Shown: one piece after another, positions 24,789 to 36,704 of the stretch
Numbering within the stretch: the first letter of the stretch is position 1
Layout: each line of letters opens with the position of its first letter
DNA from: Chiloscyllium plagiosum
Lineage: Eukaryota
Assembly (NCBI RefSeq): GCF_004010195.1
Contig: NC_057720.1
Span: forward strand, 19,955,269 to 20,019,268
Direction of reading: 5' to 3'
Length of the DNA: 64,000 nucleotides
Notes under the pieces: model-generated
Databases searched by the model: none
Told to the model about the DNA's origin: nothing
What the model saw: the letters and a program-made list of their open reading frames with translations, nothing else
Position numbers and translations under genes: made by a program

Positions 24789-24916
24789 GGTAAAAACAAT
24801 GACTGCAGATGCTGGAAACCAGATTCTGGATCAGTAGTGCTAGAAGAGCACAGCAATTCAGGCAGCATCCGACGAGCAGCAAAATCGACGTTTCGGGCAA
24901 AAGCCCTTCATCAGGA
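24789..24916 (-). mobile_element. PLE family A solo terminal repeat
   Basis: Same unit as 33604-33738, in reverse orientation. Confidence 0.8.
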
Positions 24917-24917
24917 G
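24884..24917 (-). ncRNA. Minimal hammerhead ribozyme (family A), intact core, sense to the host gene
   Basis: Minus strand reads uc CUGAUGA a gggc-uuuu-gccc GAAA cg UC ga; core 24887-24914. Confidence 0.7.
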
Positions 24918-24984
24918 GTCTGTGGGTAGTTTACATATTTTGGCTAAAGTCCTGAGGTGTTGAGGGAGGGAGGACTTGCACAAA

Positions 24985-25600
24985 ATACAATGCAATTATA
25001 CATTACAGCACAGGAACAGGCCATTTGGCCCATCAAGCCCTCACCAATTCCAGTCCTTTTTTAGACCTGCTACTATTACCCATGTGTGGTTTCTATACCG
25101 CTGTTCACCTCCCATTCATGTGTCTATCAAGCCTTAAACGCTGCTAACATGCTTCATTTCACCACCTCCACTGGCTGTGCATTCAAGGCACCCACCACCC
25201 TATGTGTAAAAAATTTTCCTCGCACGTCTCCCCTAAACTTTCCCCCTCTCACCTTGAACCTGTGCCCTCTTGTTCACCCTGGGCAAAAGGGCTCTTGCCA
25301 GAAATGTCGATTCTCCTGCTCCTCAGATGCTGCCTGATCCAGCACCCGAGTCTCGACTCTAATTTCCAGGATCTGCAGTCCTCACTTTCTCCTAAAAGCC
25401 TCTGACTGTCCACTCTATCTATGTGAAAACAGGGTTTATCCAATATCTCCTCATAACTAGAACCCTCCAGACCAGGTAGTATCCTGACAAACCTCTCTGC
25501 ATTCTCAACAAATCATCTACATTCCTTTGCTAGCAGACTAGAACTGCACACAATATTCCCAAATGTGGCTGAACTAACAAAAGCTTTGTACAGCTGTGTG
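24985..25600 (-). mobile_element. CR1 3' fragment with a PLE family A insert at 25287-25393
   Basis: CR1 3' UTR and ORF2 end. The insert aagggctcttgccagaaatgtcgatt...ctcactttctcct lacks CTGA. Confidence 0.7.
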
Positions 25601-26540
25601 TGCTGAATTTATTCATATGTCAATCCAGCTTTATTTCTATTCCAAATTAGTAGCAGCTTTAGTTGCTTGTTAAACTATTCAAGGAGGTAACTAAATTCAA
25701 CCACTTTTTTGTAGGCCTGAATTACAAAGGCTTGATCAAGCAAGAATGGCAGATACATTTTCTTTGAAATGGACATTAGTAAATCAGATGATTTTTAATG
25801 ACAGCCCGGTAGCTTTGTGAGCAGAACTACTAATACCATCTTTTAATTCCAATTCCTGAATTGTATATGCTCCACCCATGATGGGATTGGACTTCACATT
25901 TCTGGGTCACTGCTACAGGTTTGGGATTGCTAGTCCAATGTCCAAAAAAAAATCAAAGGATTACGGCATTGCTAGCTAGGCCAGCATCCATCGATCATCT
26001 GTAACTTCCTTTGAGATGGTAATGGTAAGCCAACTCCATAAACTGCTGTAGTCCATGGGAGTTAGGAAGATGCTTCCAAATTAATCCCTATTTCACTGCA
26101 TCTCTTTACTTTAATTGAGTAAAGAAATTCAGAAAAAATGTCTGTTGTACAGAAACACTGGTGGACTTGGTTTCAATTTGAACTTGCTATAGGAAACAAA
26201 GTTTACTAATGAACAGGTATGTGGTTTAAGCTGCAGGCAATTTTAGCAAAACACTGCACATATCAGACATCATTTCAAGCAAAGCCACTACACTAACCCT
26301 CCTTTCAAACCTCAAAGCAGCATTATCTTACTGCTGTCAACACATGCTAGTTTCGAATATTACCCTATGAGCTTTGAAAGAGTATCTAAATATGGTAATG
26401 GTTGTTCAAGCAAAATCTACTCTAACAGGAAACCTTTAATAACGAAGGAGAATGGCAAACAGTTCGTGCAAAGAAAATACACATTACTTTTAACCTCTGG
26501 GAAATGGACTTTACTCCTTGCTGGTCTACGTGCACTGTGG

Positions 26541-26779
26541 GGAGAAAGTGAGGACTGCAGATGCTGGAGATCAGAGCTGAAAATGTGTTGCTGGAAAAGC
26601 ACGGCAGGTCAGGCAGCATCCAAGGAACAGGAGAATCGAAGTTTCGGGCATAAGCCCTTCTTCAGGAATCCTGAAGAATTCAGGTGTCCTGAAGAAGGGC
26701 TTATGCCCGAAACGTCGATTCTCCTGTTCCTTGGATGCTGCCTGACCTGCTGCGCTTTTCCAGCAACACATTTTCAGCT
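26541..26779. mobile_element. PLE family A fold-back mini-element
   Basis: ~93-bp inverted arms at 26575-26667 and 26687-26779; flanking duplication cta(c/t)gtgcactgtgg at 26526-26540 and 26778-26792. Confidence 0.9.
26686..26719 (+). ncRNA. Minimal hammerhead ribozyme (family A)
   Basis: gtc CTGAAGA a gggc-ttat-gccc GAAA cg TC gat. The mirror copy on the minus strand (26638-26665) reads GAAACUUC. Confidence 0.7.
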
Positions 26780-27499
26780 ATGTGCACTGTGGATCAGGAT
26801 GATACTGGGGATGAAGATTCTGAGTTACAAAGGAAAGATGACAGCAACTGTGACTGATTGTATTCATGCAAACTGATCGATAGGATTGGAGAATTTGGTA
26901 AATCTCTTCAAAATGATAAAAGGAATTAATAAGGGGGAACAAAAACTAATTCATTTGTTGGTAAATTGAAGATATGGGGACATGATCTAAAGAAACTCAG
27001 TATTGAGAAGAAACAATTTTATGGACAATTATCAGAATACGAAATGTTTAATCAGAAGTGATCTCTTCTAATATAATAGCTTTCAGGATGGTACTAAAAA
27101 TTACTCTAACGTATAAAAGCGCAAGTGTGAGGGAAGGAAAAATCAAGAAAATAATACAAAAGCAACTTAATGGAGCAACAGTGAGCAACTTTCTCCTGTG
27201 TCAAAACATTCAATGTTTCTAAAAGAATTATCCGGATACAGAAACTGTCTGGTTGAAAAAAAGAAAAGATTTATTCTAAGGGCTTAGTTAAAAGTGACTG
27301 GTTGTACAGAACACTAAAATAATACAAGGAACTGCGGATGCTGGTAATCAAACAAAATAATTTATTGGAAAAGCTCAGCAGCTCTGGCAGCATCTGCTGA
27401 GAGAAAGCAAAGTAACTGTCCCGGGTCGACTATCGCAGGGGATCAATCCTGGTTCAATGGAGAGTGCAGGAGGGCATGCAAGGAGCAGCACACCACAGA

Positions 27500-28336
27500 A
27501 ACTCGTCCATGTCGACCAGATATCCTAACCTAATCTAGTCCCATTTGTTGGCACCTGGCCCATACCCCTCTAAATCCATCCTATTCATATACCCATCCAG
27601 ATGCCTTTTAAATGTTGCAATTGTACTAGCCTCCACCACTTCCTCTGGCAGCTCATTCCATAACACACCACCCTCTGTGTGAAAATGTTGCCTCTTAGGT
27701 CTGTTTTATATCCTTCCCCTCTCACCCTAAACCTGTACCCTCTAGTTCTGAACTCCTCCACCCCAGGGAAAAGACTTTGTCTATTTATCCTATACGTGCC
27801 TCTCACAATTTTATAAACCCCTATAAAAGTTACCCTTCAGCCTCCGACGGTCCAGAGAAAACAGTCCCAGCCTTTTCAGCCTCTCCCTATCGCTCAAAAC
27901 CTCCAACATCCTTGTAAATCTTTCTGAACCCTTTCAAGTTTCACAACATCCATCCAATAGGAAGGAGACCAGAATTGCATGCAATATTCCAAATGTGGCC
28001 TAACTAATGTCCTGTACAGCCACAACATGACCTCCCAATTCCTATACTCAATACTCTGACCAATAAAGGAAAGCAAACACCTTCTTCACTATCCTACGTA
28101 CTTGCGATTCTACTTTCAAGGAACTATGTACCTGCCCTCCAAGGTCTCTTTGTCCAGCAACATTTCCGAGGACCTTACCATTAAGTGTATAGGTTCTGTT
28201 CTGATTTACTTTTCCAAAATGCAGCACCTTGCATTTATCTAAATTAAACTCCACCTGCCACTCCTCAGCTTACTGGTCCATCTGATCAAGATCCTGTTGT
28301 AATCTGAGGTAATCTTCTTTGCTGTCCAATACACCT
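27500..28336 (-). mobile_element. CR1/HER1 3' part
   Basis: MEFNLDKCKVLHFG, RPHLEYCMQFWSP, RTRGYRF. Confidence 0.88.
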
Positions 28337-29998
28337 GGTGAAGCTACCAAACTTGCATGCCAAACAGCATAAGGAAGTGTCGGACAGAGCCAAATGATCC
28401 CACAACCAACCGATCAGATCTAAGCTCTGCAGTCCTGCCACACCTCGTCATAAATGCCCATTGTAAACAACTCACTGGAGGAGGAGGCTCCACAAGTATC
28501 AAGACATAGTTGGAGATACTCGATACAGCAAGGGCTACAGGCCCGGATAACATTCTGGCAGTAGTAATGAAGGCTTGCTCTTCAGCACTTGCTACTCCCC
28601 TCGCCAAACTCATCCAGTACAGTTACAACACTAACATGTACGTGACAGTGTGGAAAACTGCCCCAGTATGTTTTATACATAAAAAGGACAATAAATCCAA
28701 CCTAGCCAATTACTGTTCCCAACAGTCTACTCTCAATCATCAGCAAAGGGATGCAAGGTATCATCAACAATTCTATCAAGCAGCACCTGCTCAATGATGC
28801 CCAGTTTAGGTTCTACCAGGGCCATTCAGCTCCTGACTTCATTACAGCCTTGGTTCAATCATAGACAAAAGAGCTGAAATCCAGATGTGAAGTAAGAGTG
28901 ATAGCCCTTGATATCTAGGCCACATTTGACCACAAATGCCCTAGCAAAACTGGAATCAATGGGTATCAGGGCAAATTCTCTGCTGGTTGTAGTGACAATT
29001 GGCACATAGGAAGATAGGTGTGGTTGTTGAACATCAGTCATCTCAGCTCCCGGACACCTCTGAAGGAGTTTCTCAGGGATGCGTCCTAGGTCCAACCATC
29101 AGCTGCAAGATCACTGCCTGCCCTCCAACATAAGGTCAGAAGTGAGGATGTTTGTCAATGACTACAATATTCAGCACCATTTGCAACTCTTCAGATACTG
29201 AAGCAGTCAGTGTTCAAATACAATAAGATCTGGACAATATCCAGGCTTGGGCTGATAAGTGGCAAGTAATATTCACACTAGATAAATGTCAGGCTATGAC
29301 CATCACCAATAAGAGACAATCTAACCACCGCTTCTTGACATTCAATGGTATTACCATCACTGAATCCCCAATAACAACATCCTGGGGGGTTATCGTTGAT
29401 CAGAAATTCAATTGGACTCACCACGTAAACACAGTGGCTACAAGAGCAGGTTAGGGGCTAGGAATACAGTGGTGAGTAATTCACTTCCTGCCTCCACCAT
29501 CTACAAGGCACAAGTCGGGAGTGTGATGGAATCTCAAGAAGCTTGACACCATCCAGGATAAAGCAGCCCATGTGACTGGCAATATATCAACAAGCATCCA
29601 CTCTTTCCACCATCACTGCTCAGTAGCAGCAGCGTGAACTGTGAACTATCGACGAGTTGCACTCGAGAAATGCACCAAACATCTTTAGACAGCATCTTCT
29701 AAAACCATGACCACTTCTGCCTAGAAAGACAAGGGTAGCAGATCCGTGGGAATACTACTATCTTTAAGTTCTCGTCCAAGTCACTCACGATGCTGACTTG
29801 CAACTATATCACTGTTCCTTCACTATCGCTGGGTCAAAATCCTGGGATTCCCTCCCTCATGGCATTGTGGGTCAACCCACAGCAGGTGGACTGCAGCAGT
29901 TCAAAAAGGCAGCTCACCAGCATCTCCTCAAGGGCACCGAGGAACAGGCAGTACATACTAGTCAGCTAGTGATACCCACATCCCACAAGTGAATAAAA
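28330..29998 (+). mobile_element. CR1/L2-type LINE (family B)
   Basis: RATGPDNI, QFRF, ALDI, DLDNIQAWADKWQV; tail atcccacaagtgaataaaaaa. Confidence 0.82.
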
Positions 29999-30747
29999 AA
30001 GCTACTCCAACTTTTCCCCCCCTACATTATTACAGTAACTATTTTCAAAATTACTTCATTTCAGATGTTTTGCTTGTGAATACACTACACGGTTGCCTTT
30101 TTTTTTCTCCACATATTTAATCCATATCAATAGATACCTTGTTCTTACAAAAGCTAAAACTGGTACAAACCAGTTATTCACTTCTACCTTCTTCAAACAT
30201 GTACTTCATGGTTACCAAATCATATTGACTGAATATGTTACTGTATTTTGTAAAAGCAGTTATACTAAGTGCACATCTGGAGTCATATGACAAACTATGG
30301 TAATGTCATAAGTCTCCATCAGTGGCCAGTAAGAACAGTTGATAAATAGTTAACTGTTGCTTTCCAATTAAGTAGTAGCTTGGTTTCAAAGAATGAACAC
30401 ATGATAGAACTGACAACAAGAGCTAGTAGTCTGTTATTTACGCTCTTTGTACTTGTTAGTTCAGAAATGTGCAGAGCTTCACCTAAAATGTCAAGTGCTT
30501 GGAAGGCTGTACACAAGAAGAGTTAATAATCAAACAAGATTGAACACACAAACACACTGGTATTACTCAAGGATATGCTGTCTTGCAATGCTGGTATACA
30601 TTAATGTTCAAGAAAAATAATCTGCATTGAATAAATGGATACCATGTAATGCACCAATATATTAAACACAAAATGTATCGAACTGTTTTGTGCAGAAGGT
30701 ACTAATTATATTAAAAAAAAATGACCTTAAAAACTGGGCCAACACAA

Positions 30748-31035
30748 TAGACAATTGGTGCAGGAGTAGGCCATTCTGCCCTTCAAGACTGCACCATCAT
30801 TCAATATGATCATGGCTGATCATCCTTAATCAGTATCCTGTTTCTGCCTTATCTCCATAACCCTTGATTCCACTATCTTTGAGAGCTCCATCCAACTCTT
30901 TCTTAAATGAATCCAGAGATTGGGCCTCCACTGCCCTCTGGGGCAGAGCATTCCACACAGCCACCACTCTCTGGGTGAAGAAGTTTCTCCTCATCTCTGT
31001 CCTAAATGGTCTACCCCATATTTTTAAGCTGTGTA
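30748..31035 (-). mobile_element. CR1 3' end, same subfamily as 881-1322
   Basis: Near-identical reverse complement of 1034-1322. Confidence 0.9.
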
Positions 31036-31903
31036 CTCCAAAGAAGAAATGTGTGTATTAATTGGGATAGTCATGAAGGATGAGAAACAGTGCTTTGGCT
31101 TTGATAGGGAAGTGTCAACACAAAAGGCAACAGTTCACTATTTATCAGTTTATTTTGGTATCTTGTGCAGTTATGTTCATAACAAAACAGTATAAAAATG
31201 ACTAGTGACAAAGTTGGGTATCCAGTAATGATTTTTGCTGATCTAGAATCCTAGGAAACATGACCCAATGCTCATTTGCATCAAGGTCACTTGCCTGAAT
31301 ATCTATTGGATCATAGTCAAGATTAGAGTGGTGCTGGAAAAGCACAGCAGGTCGCCTACCTATTGGATCATGTCAATCACCAAAATGTAGCATTAAGCAA
31401 AGGCAGTGAAATGCAGTGACTGATAGATGTGAGTTTATATTGCATTACACAGCCTCAGGACTTCTTAAAGCATTTTACTGACAATTATACACTTTTGCAG
31501 TCATTGTTTAATGTTAGGTGTGGGGGCAAGAGAAGTACCAGAAGAGACAGAGCAGAATAAAATCAGAACACAAGCAATATTTAACAGTAGGTGGGTTAGG
31601 AACGTTTTCTTGTTTTTTGTGTAGTTTCTTATTATATAACAAGGCTGTTTATTAGCTCCAGATGAATAATAAGGTTGACCCTTTTTATATGGTTAGCTTT
31701 TTGACTTATCACAGCATTTTGGAAACTCAACAGTACAACAGTTCTGATTGTACTTGCAACCCAAATGTACAGCTACACTACGTAATGGTAAATTGCCATA
31801 GGAATAATCAGGGCCAGATTTATTGAACACCATCTTAGAGTTTTTAATTGCATAGATATGCATCCACAATGAGAACTAAATTCTGAACAAAACAAATTAC
31901 AGT

Positions 31904-32262
31904 TATAGAGTCAGGAAACAGACCCTTCGGTCCAACTCATCCATGCTGATGAGATATCCTAAATTAATCTAGTTCCATTTGCCAGCATATATCTCACATT
32001 CCTCTAAACCCTTCCTATTCATATACCCACCCAGATGCCTTTTAAGTGTTGTAATTTTACCAGTCTCCACCACTTCTCTGGTACCATTCCATATATGCAC
32101 CACCCTCTGCAGGAAAATAAATTGCCCGAGATCCCTTTTAAATCTTTCCTTTCTCACCATACGCCCTCTGGGGAAAAGATATTGGCTATTCACCCTATCT
32201 ATACCCCTCAGCCTCCGATATTCCGGAGAAAACAGCCCCAGCCTATTCAGGCTCTCCCTATA
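31904..32262 (-). mobile_element. CR1/HER1 3' fragment
   Basis: LNRLGLFSPEYRRLRG...FLQRVVHIWN and a HER1 tail. Confidence 0.8.
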
Positions 32263-33527
32263 AAGAGGGGGAGGTGTGGCCTCGTTAGTCAAGGATAATA
32301 TAACAGTGGCTGAAAGAACTTTCGACGAGGACTCATCTACTGAGGTAGTGTGGGCTGAGGTTAGAAACAGGAGAGGAGAGGTCATGCTGCTTGGAGTTTT
32401 TTTATAGGCTTCCACAGAGTTCCAGGGAGGTGGAAGAGAGGATTGGCAAAATTATTCTGGACAGGGGTGAAAGGAACAGAGTGATTATTATGGGGGACTT
32501 TACTTCCCCAACATTGACTGGAAATGCTATAACTCTAATACGTCGGATGGAGGGTTTCCTGACACAGTATGTCGAAGGGCTAACAAGAGGGGAGGCCAGA
32601 CTGGATCTGGTGCTTGGTAATCAACAAGGTCAGCTGTTTGATTTAGTTGTAGGTGAGCACTTTGGAGACAGTGGCCATAATTCAGTTACGTTTAGTTTAG
32701 AGATGCAAAGGGATAGGTACATGCCACAGGTCGAGAGTTATCGATGGGGCAAGGGCAATTACAATGCGATTAGGCAAGAATTCGAGTGCATAGAATAGGG
32801 CAGCAAAATGCAGGCGATGCAGACAATGGAAATGTGGAGCTGGTTTAAGGAACGGATATTGCGTGTCCTTGATAGGTATGTCCCTATCAGGCAGGGAGGA
32901 AGTGATAAGGTAAGGGAACCATGGTTTACTACAGAAATTGCATCTCTTGTTAAGCAGAAGAAGGAGGCTTATGTGTTGATGAGGCAAGATGCTTCAAGAT
33001 GAGGCAATGGAGAGTTACAGCTCAGCTGGGAAGGATTTAAAGAGAGAGTTAAGAAGAGCAAAGAGAGGACACGAGCAGTCTTTAGGAAACAGAATAAAAG
33101 GAGAACCCTAAAGCTTTCTATAGGTATATGAGGAATAAGAGGATGACTAGGGTAGGAATAGGGCCAGTCAAAGACAGAAGTGGGAAGTTGAAGGTGGACC
33201 CTGTAGAGATCAGAGAGACGCTAAATGAACATTTCTCATCTGTTTTCACTCAGGAAAAGGAGAATACTGTAGAGGAGAAGAATGAGGTACGAGATATTAG
33301 ACTAGAAAGGATTGAGGTTAGTAATGAACTGGCATTATCAATTCTAGAAGGAGTGAAAGTAGACAATCCCCTGGGCCGGATGGGATCGATCCGAGGATTC
33401 TCTGGGAAGCTAGGGAGGAGTTAACAGAGCCTTTGGCTTTGATATTTGAGTCATCATTGTGCACAGGTGTAGTACCAGAGGACTGGAGATTTACAAATGT
33501 TGTGCCCTTGTTCAAGAAGGGCATTAG

Positions 33528-33738
33528 TGCTGGAAAAGCACAGCAGTTCAGACAGCATCCAAGGAGCAGGAAAATCGACATTTCAGGCAAAAGCCTGAAG
33601 GTATTCCTGATGAAGGGCTTTTGCCCGAAACGTTGATTTTCCTTCTCCTTGGATGCTGTCTGAACTGCTGTGCTTTTCCAGCACCACTCTAATCCAGAAT
33701 CTGGTTTCCAGCATTTGCAGTTATTGTTTTTACCCATC
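33528..33738. mobile_element. PLE family A fold-back inserted in CR1
   Basis: Inverted arms at 33527-33595 and 33616-33684; flanking duplication aagggca(t/g)tag at 33517-33527 and 33739-33749. Confidence 0.85.
33603..33638 (+). ncRNA. Minimal hammerhead ribozyme (family A)
   Basis: attc CTGATGA a gggc-tttt-gccc GAAA cg TT gatt. Confidence 0.65.
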
Positions 33739-35118
33739 AAGGGCAGTAGAGATGACCCAGGTAATTATAGACCAGTGAGTCTTACTTCTGTTGTAGGAAA
33801 GGTTTTGGAAAGGATTAGAAGAGTTGAGATTTATAATCATCTGGCAAGCAACAATTTGATTTCAGATAGTCAACATGATTTCGTCAAGGGCAGGTCATGT
33901 CTCACAAACCTCACTGAGTTTTTTGAGAAGGTGACCAAGCACGTCGATGAAGGTAGGGAAGTTGACGTGGTATACATGGACTTCAGTAAAGCCTTTGATA
34001 AGGTTCCACATGGTAGGCTGTTGAAGAAAATGCAGAGGCATGGGATTGAAGATAATTTAGCAGTTTGGATTAGAAACTGGCTTTCTGAAAGAAAGCGAGT
34101 GGTGGTTGATGGAAATATTCAGCCTGGAGTCGGGTTACTAGTGGTGTGCCACAAGAATCTGTTTTGGGACCACTGCTGTTTATCATTTTTAAAATGACTT
34201 AGATGCAGGCAGAGGTGGATAGATTAGTAAATTTGCAGATGACACTAAAGTTGGTGGAGTAATGGACAGTTTAGAAAAATGTTACAGATTGCAGGGGGAC
34301 TTAGATAAACTGCAGGATTGGGCTGAGAGGTGGCAAATGGAGTTCAATGCAGCTCAATGTGAGGTGATGCACTTTGGAAAGAATAACAGGAAGGCAGAGT
34401 AATGGGTCAATGGAAAGATTCTTGGTAACGTGGATGTGCAGAGGGATATTGGAGTCCATGTACATAGATCCCTGAAATTTGCCACCTAGGTTGATAGTGC
34501 TCTTAAGTTTGTTAGGTTTCATTTGTAGAGGGATTGAATTCCGGAACTGCAATATTATGCTGCAACCATACAAAACGTTAGTGTGGCCACACTTGGAATA
34601 TCGTGTACAGTTCTGGTTGCTATATTTTGGGTAGGATGTGGAAGCATTGGAAAAGGTGCAGAGGAGATTTACGAGGATGTTGCCTGGTCTGGAGGGAAGG
34701 TCTTATGAGGAAAGGCTGAGAGACTTGAGACTGTTCTCATTGCAAAGAAGAAGGCTAAGAGGGGATTTGGTAGAGACATACAAGACGATCAGAGCATTAG
34801 ATAGGGTAGACAATGAAAGTCTTTTTCCTAGCATGATGATGTCAGCTTGTACGAGGGGGCATAACTACAAATTGAGGGGTGATAGATTTAAGACAAAAAT
34901 CAGAGGCAGGTTTTTTACTGAGAGAGTATGGTAAGGGTGTGGAATGCCCTACCTGCCAATGTAGTTAACTCAGCCACATTAGGGAGATTTAAACAATCCT
35001 TGGATGAGCACATGGATGTTGGGATAGTGTTTAAGGGGATGAGCTGAGAATAGTTCACAGGTCGCCCCAACATCGAGGGCCAAAGGGCCTGTTCTGCGCT
35101 GTAATGCTCTATGTGTAT

Positions 35119-36295
35119 ACCTCAAACCCTCGAAACCTGGCAACATCCTAGAAAAATCTTTTCTGAACCCTTTCCAGTTTCACAACATCCTTTCTATAGG
35201 AAGGAGACCAGAATTACACATAAAATCCCAAAAGTGGTCTAACCAATGTCCGGTGCAGCCACATGACCTCCCAATTCCTACACTCAATGCAGGAAAAGCA
35301 TACCAAATGCCTTCTTCACTATTCAGTCTACCCGTGACTCTACTTTCAAGGAACTATGAACGTGCATTCCAAGGTCTCTTTGTTTAGCAACACTCCCATG
35401 ACCTTACCACTAAATGTATAAGTTCTGCTCAGATTTGCCTTTCCAAAATGCAGCACTTCACATTTATCTAAATTAAACTCTATCTGCCACGCCTCTGCCC
35501 ATCGGTCCATCTGACCAAGATCCCATTGTACTGAGGTAACCTTTGTTGCTGTCTACTACATATTAATTTTGGCATTATTTGCAAACTTACTGACCATACC
35601 TCCTATGTTCACATTTATATAAATGCCAAAAAGCACAAGGATCGGTGCCAGGTCCACTGGAGGGTTGCTTTTCAGATTGCAGGCTTGTGACCAGAATCTG
35701 AAAAGCAACCCTCCACCACCACTCTTTGTCTCCTACTTTGAGCCAGCTCTAAATCCAAATGGCTAGTTCTCCCTGTATTCAATACGATCTAATCATGCCT
35801 TGCAATCTACTATGTGGAACCTCGTCAAACGCCTGACTTAACTGCACACAGCTCACATCCACTGCTCTGCTCTCATTAATCTTCTTTATAACTCCTTCAA
35901 ATAACTCAATCAAGTTAGTTAGTGAGACACAATTTCCCATGAACCAAGCCACATTGACTATTCCTATTCAGTCCTTGCCTTTCCAAATACATGTAAATCC
36001 TGTTCCTCAGGATCACCTCCAATAACTTGCCCACCACTGATGTCAGGTTCACCGGTCTATAGTTTCCTGGCTTTTCCTTACCAGCTTTCTTAAATAGTGG
36101 CACCACATTAGCCACCCTCAATCCTCTACCGACTCCTCACCTGTGGCAACCGATGATACAAATACCTCAGCAAAGGGCCCAGCAATCACTTCCTTAGCCT
36201 CCCACAAAGTTCTGGAGTATCCCTGATCAGGTCCTGGGGATTTAACTACCTTTATGTGTTTTAAGACATTCAGCACCTCCTCCTTTCTAATATAT
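35119..36295 (-). mobile_element. CR1/HER1 RT fragment
   Basis: ANVVPLFKK...NYRPVNLTSVVGKLLE (35915-36121). Confidence 0.85.
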
Positions 36296-36704
36296 TCTGA
36301 AGTCTTTCTCGATTGTATTTATTTTCTAAAAATGTCATAATTTAAACCATCATTTTATTAAGTCTTTCTGTCAGAGACATGGTTACTTCTGGAATTTACT
36401 CCAAACTTCATTTATCCTCCCATCATTATGCTATTCCTTAAAATCCCTCTCTGAACAAGCATTTTATACCTATCCTAATTTCTTGATGTGACTTAGTTTT
36501 GAATTTGGTTTGATAAAGTGTTGATATGGGAAAAAGTAGGCATAATGATGACCTAAAGCTTTTCTTTAGGTCAATAATACCAGCACTCTGATGAGTGGTA
36601 GGAAAAGTTGGAAATCATTCTTGAATGGTCAATAGACAGGCTCAAAGAACTGAATAATTTATTCCTGCTCCTATTTATGTTTAAACAAGACAAAAAATTC
36701 AATT

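Larger units (their letters stand above)
21150..24790 (-). mobile_element. Patchwork of decayed family-B LINE fragments with nested insertions
   Basis: Reverse-complement similarity to 17550-19125 (for example 22215-22830 and 23435-23490, 23855-23950); boundaries approximate. Confidence 0.55.
32262..35113 (+). mobile_element. CR1 ORF2 (endonuclease and RT) through the 3' tail
   Basis: IIMGDF, LDLVLGN, NYRPVSLTSVVGK, YMDFSKAFDKVPH, KFADDTK, RRLRGDL; interrupted by a PLE fold-back. Confidence 0.9.

Noticed and set aside
26367..26876. 169-aa ORF, and similar ORFs at 33318-33740 and 54392-54637, as a protein family
   Set aside because: The shared peptides (CCWKSAAGQAAS, GLMPETSILL) are translations of the palindromic non-coding PLE repeat.
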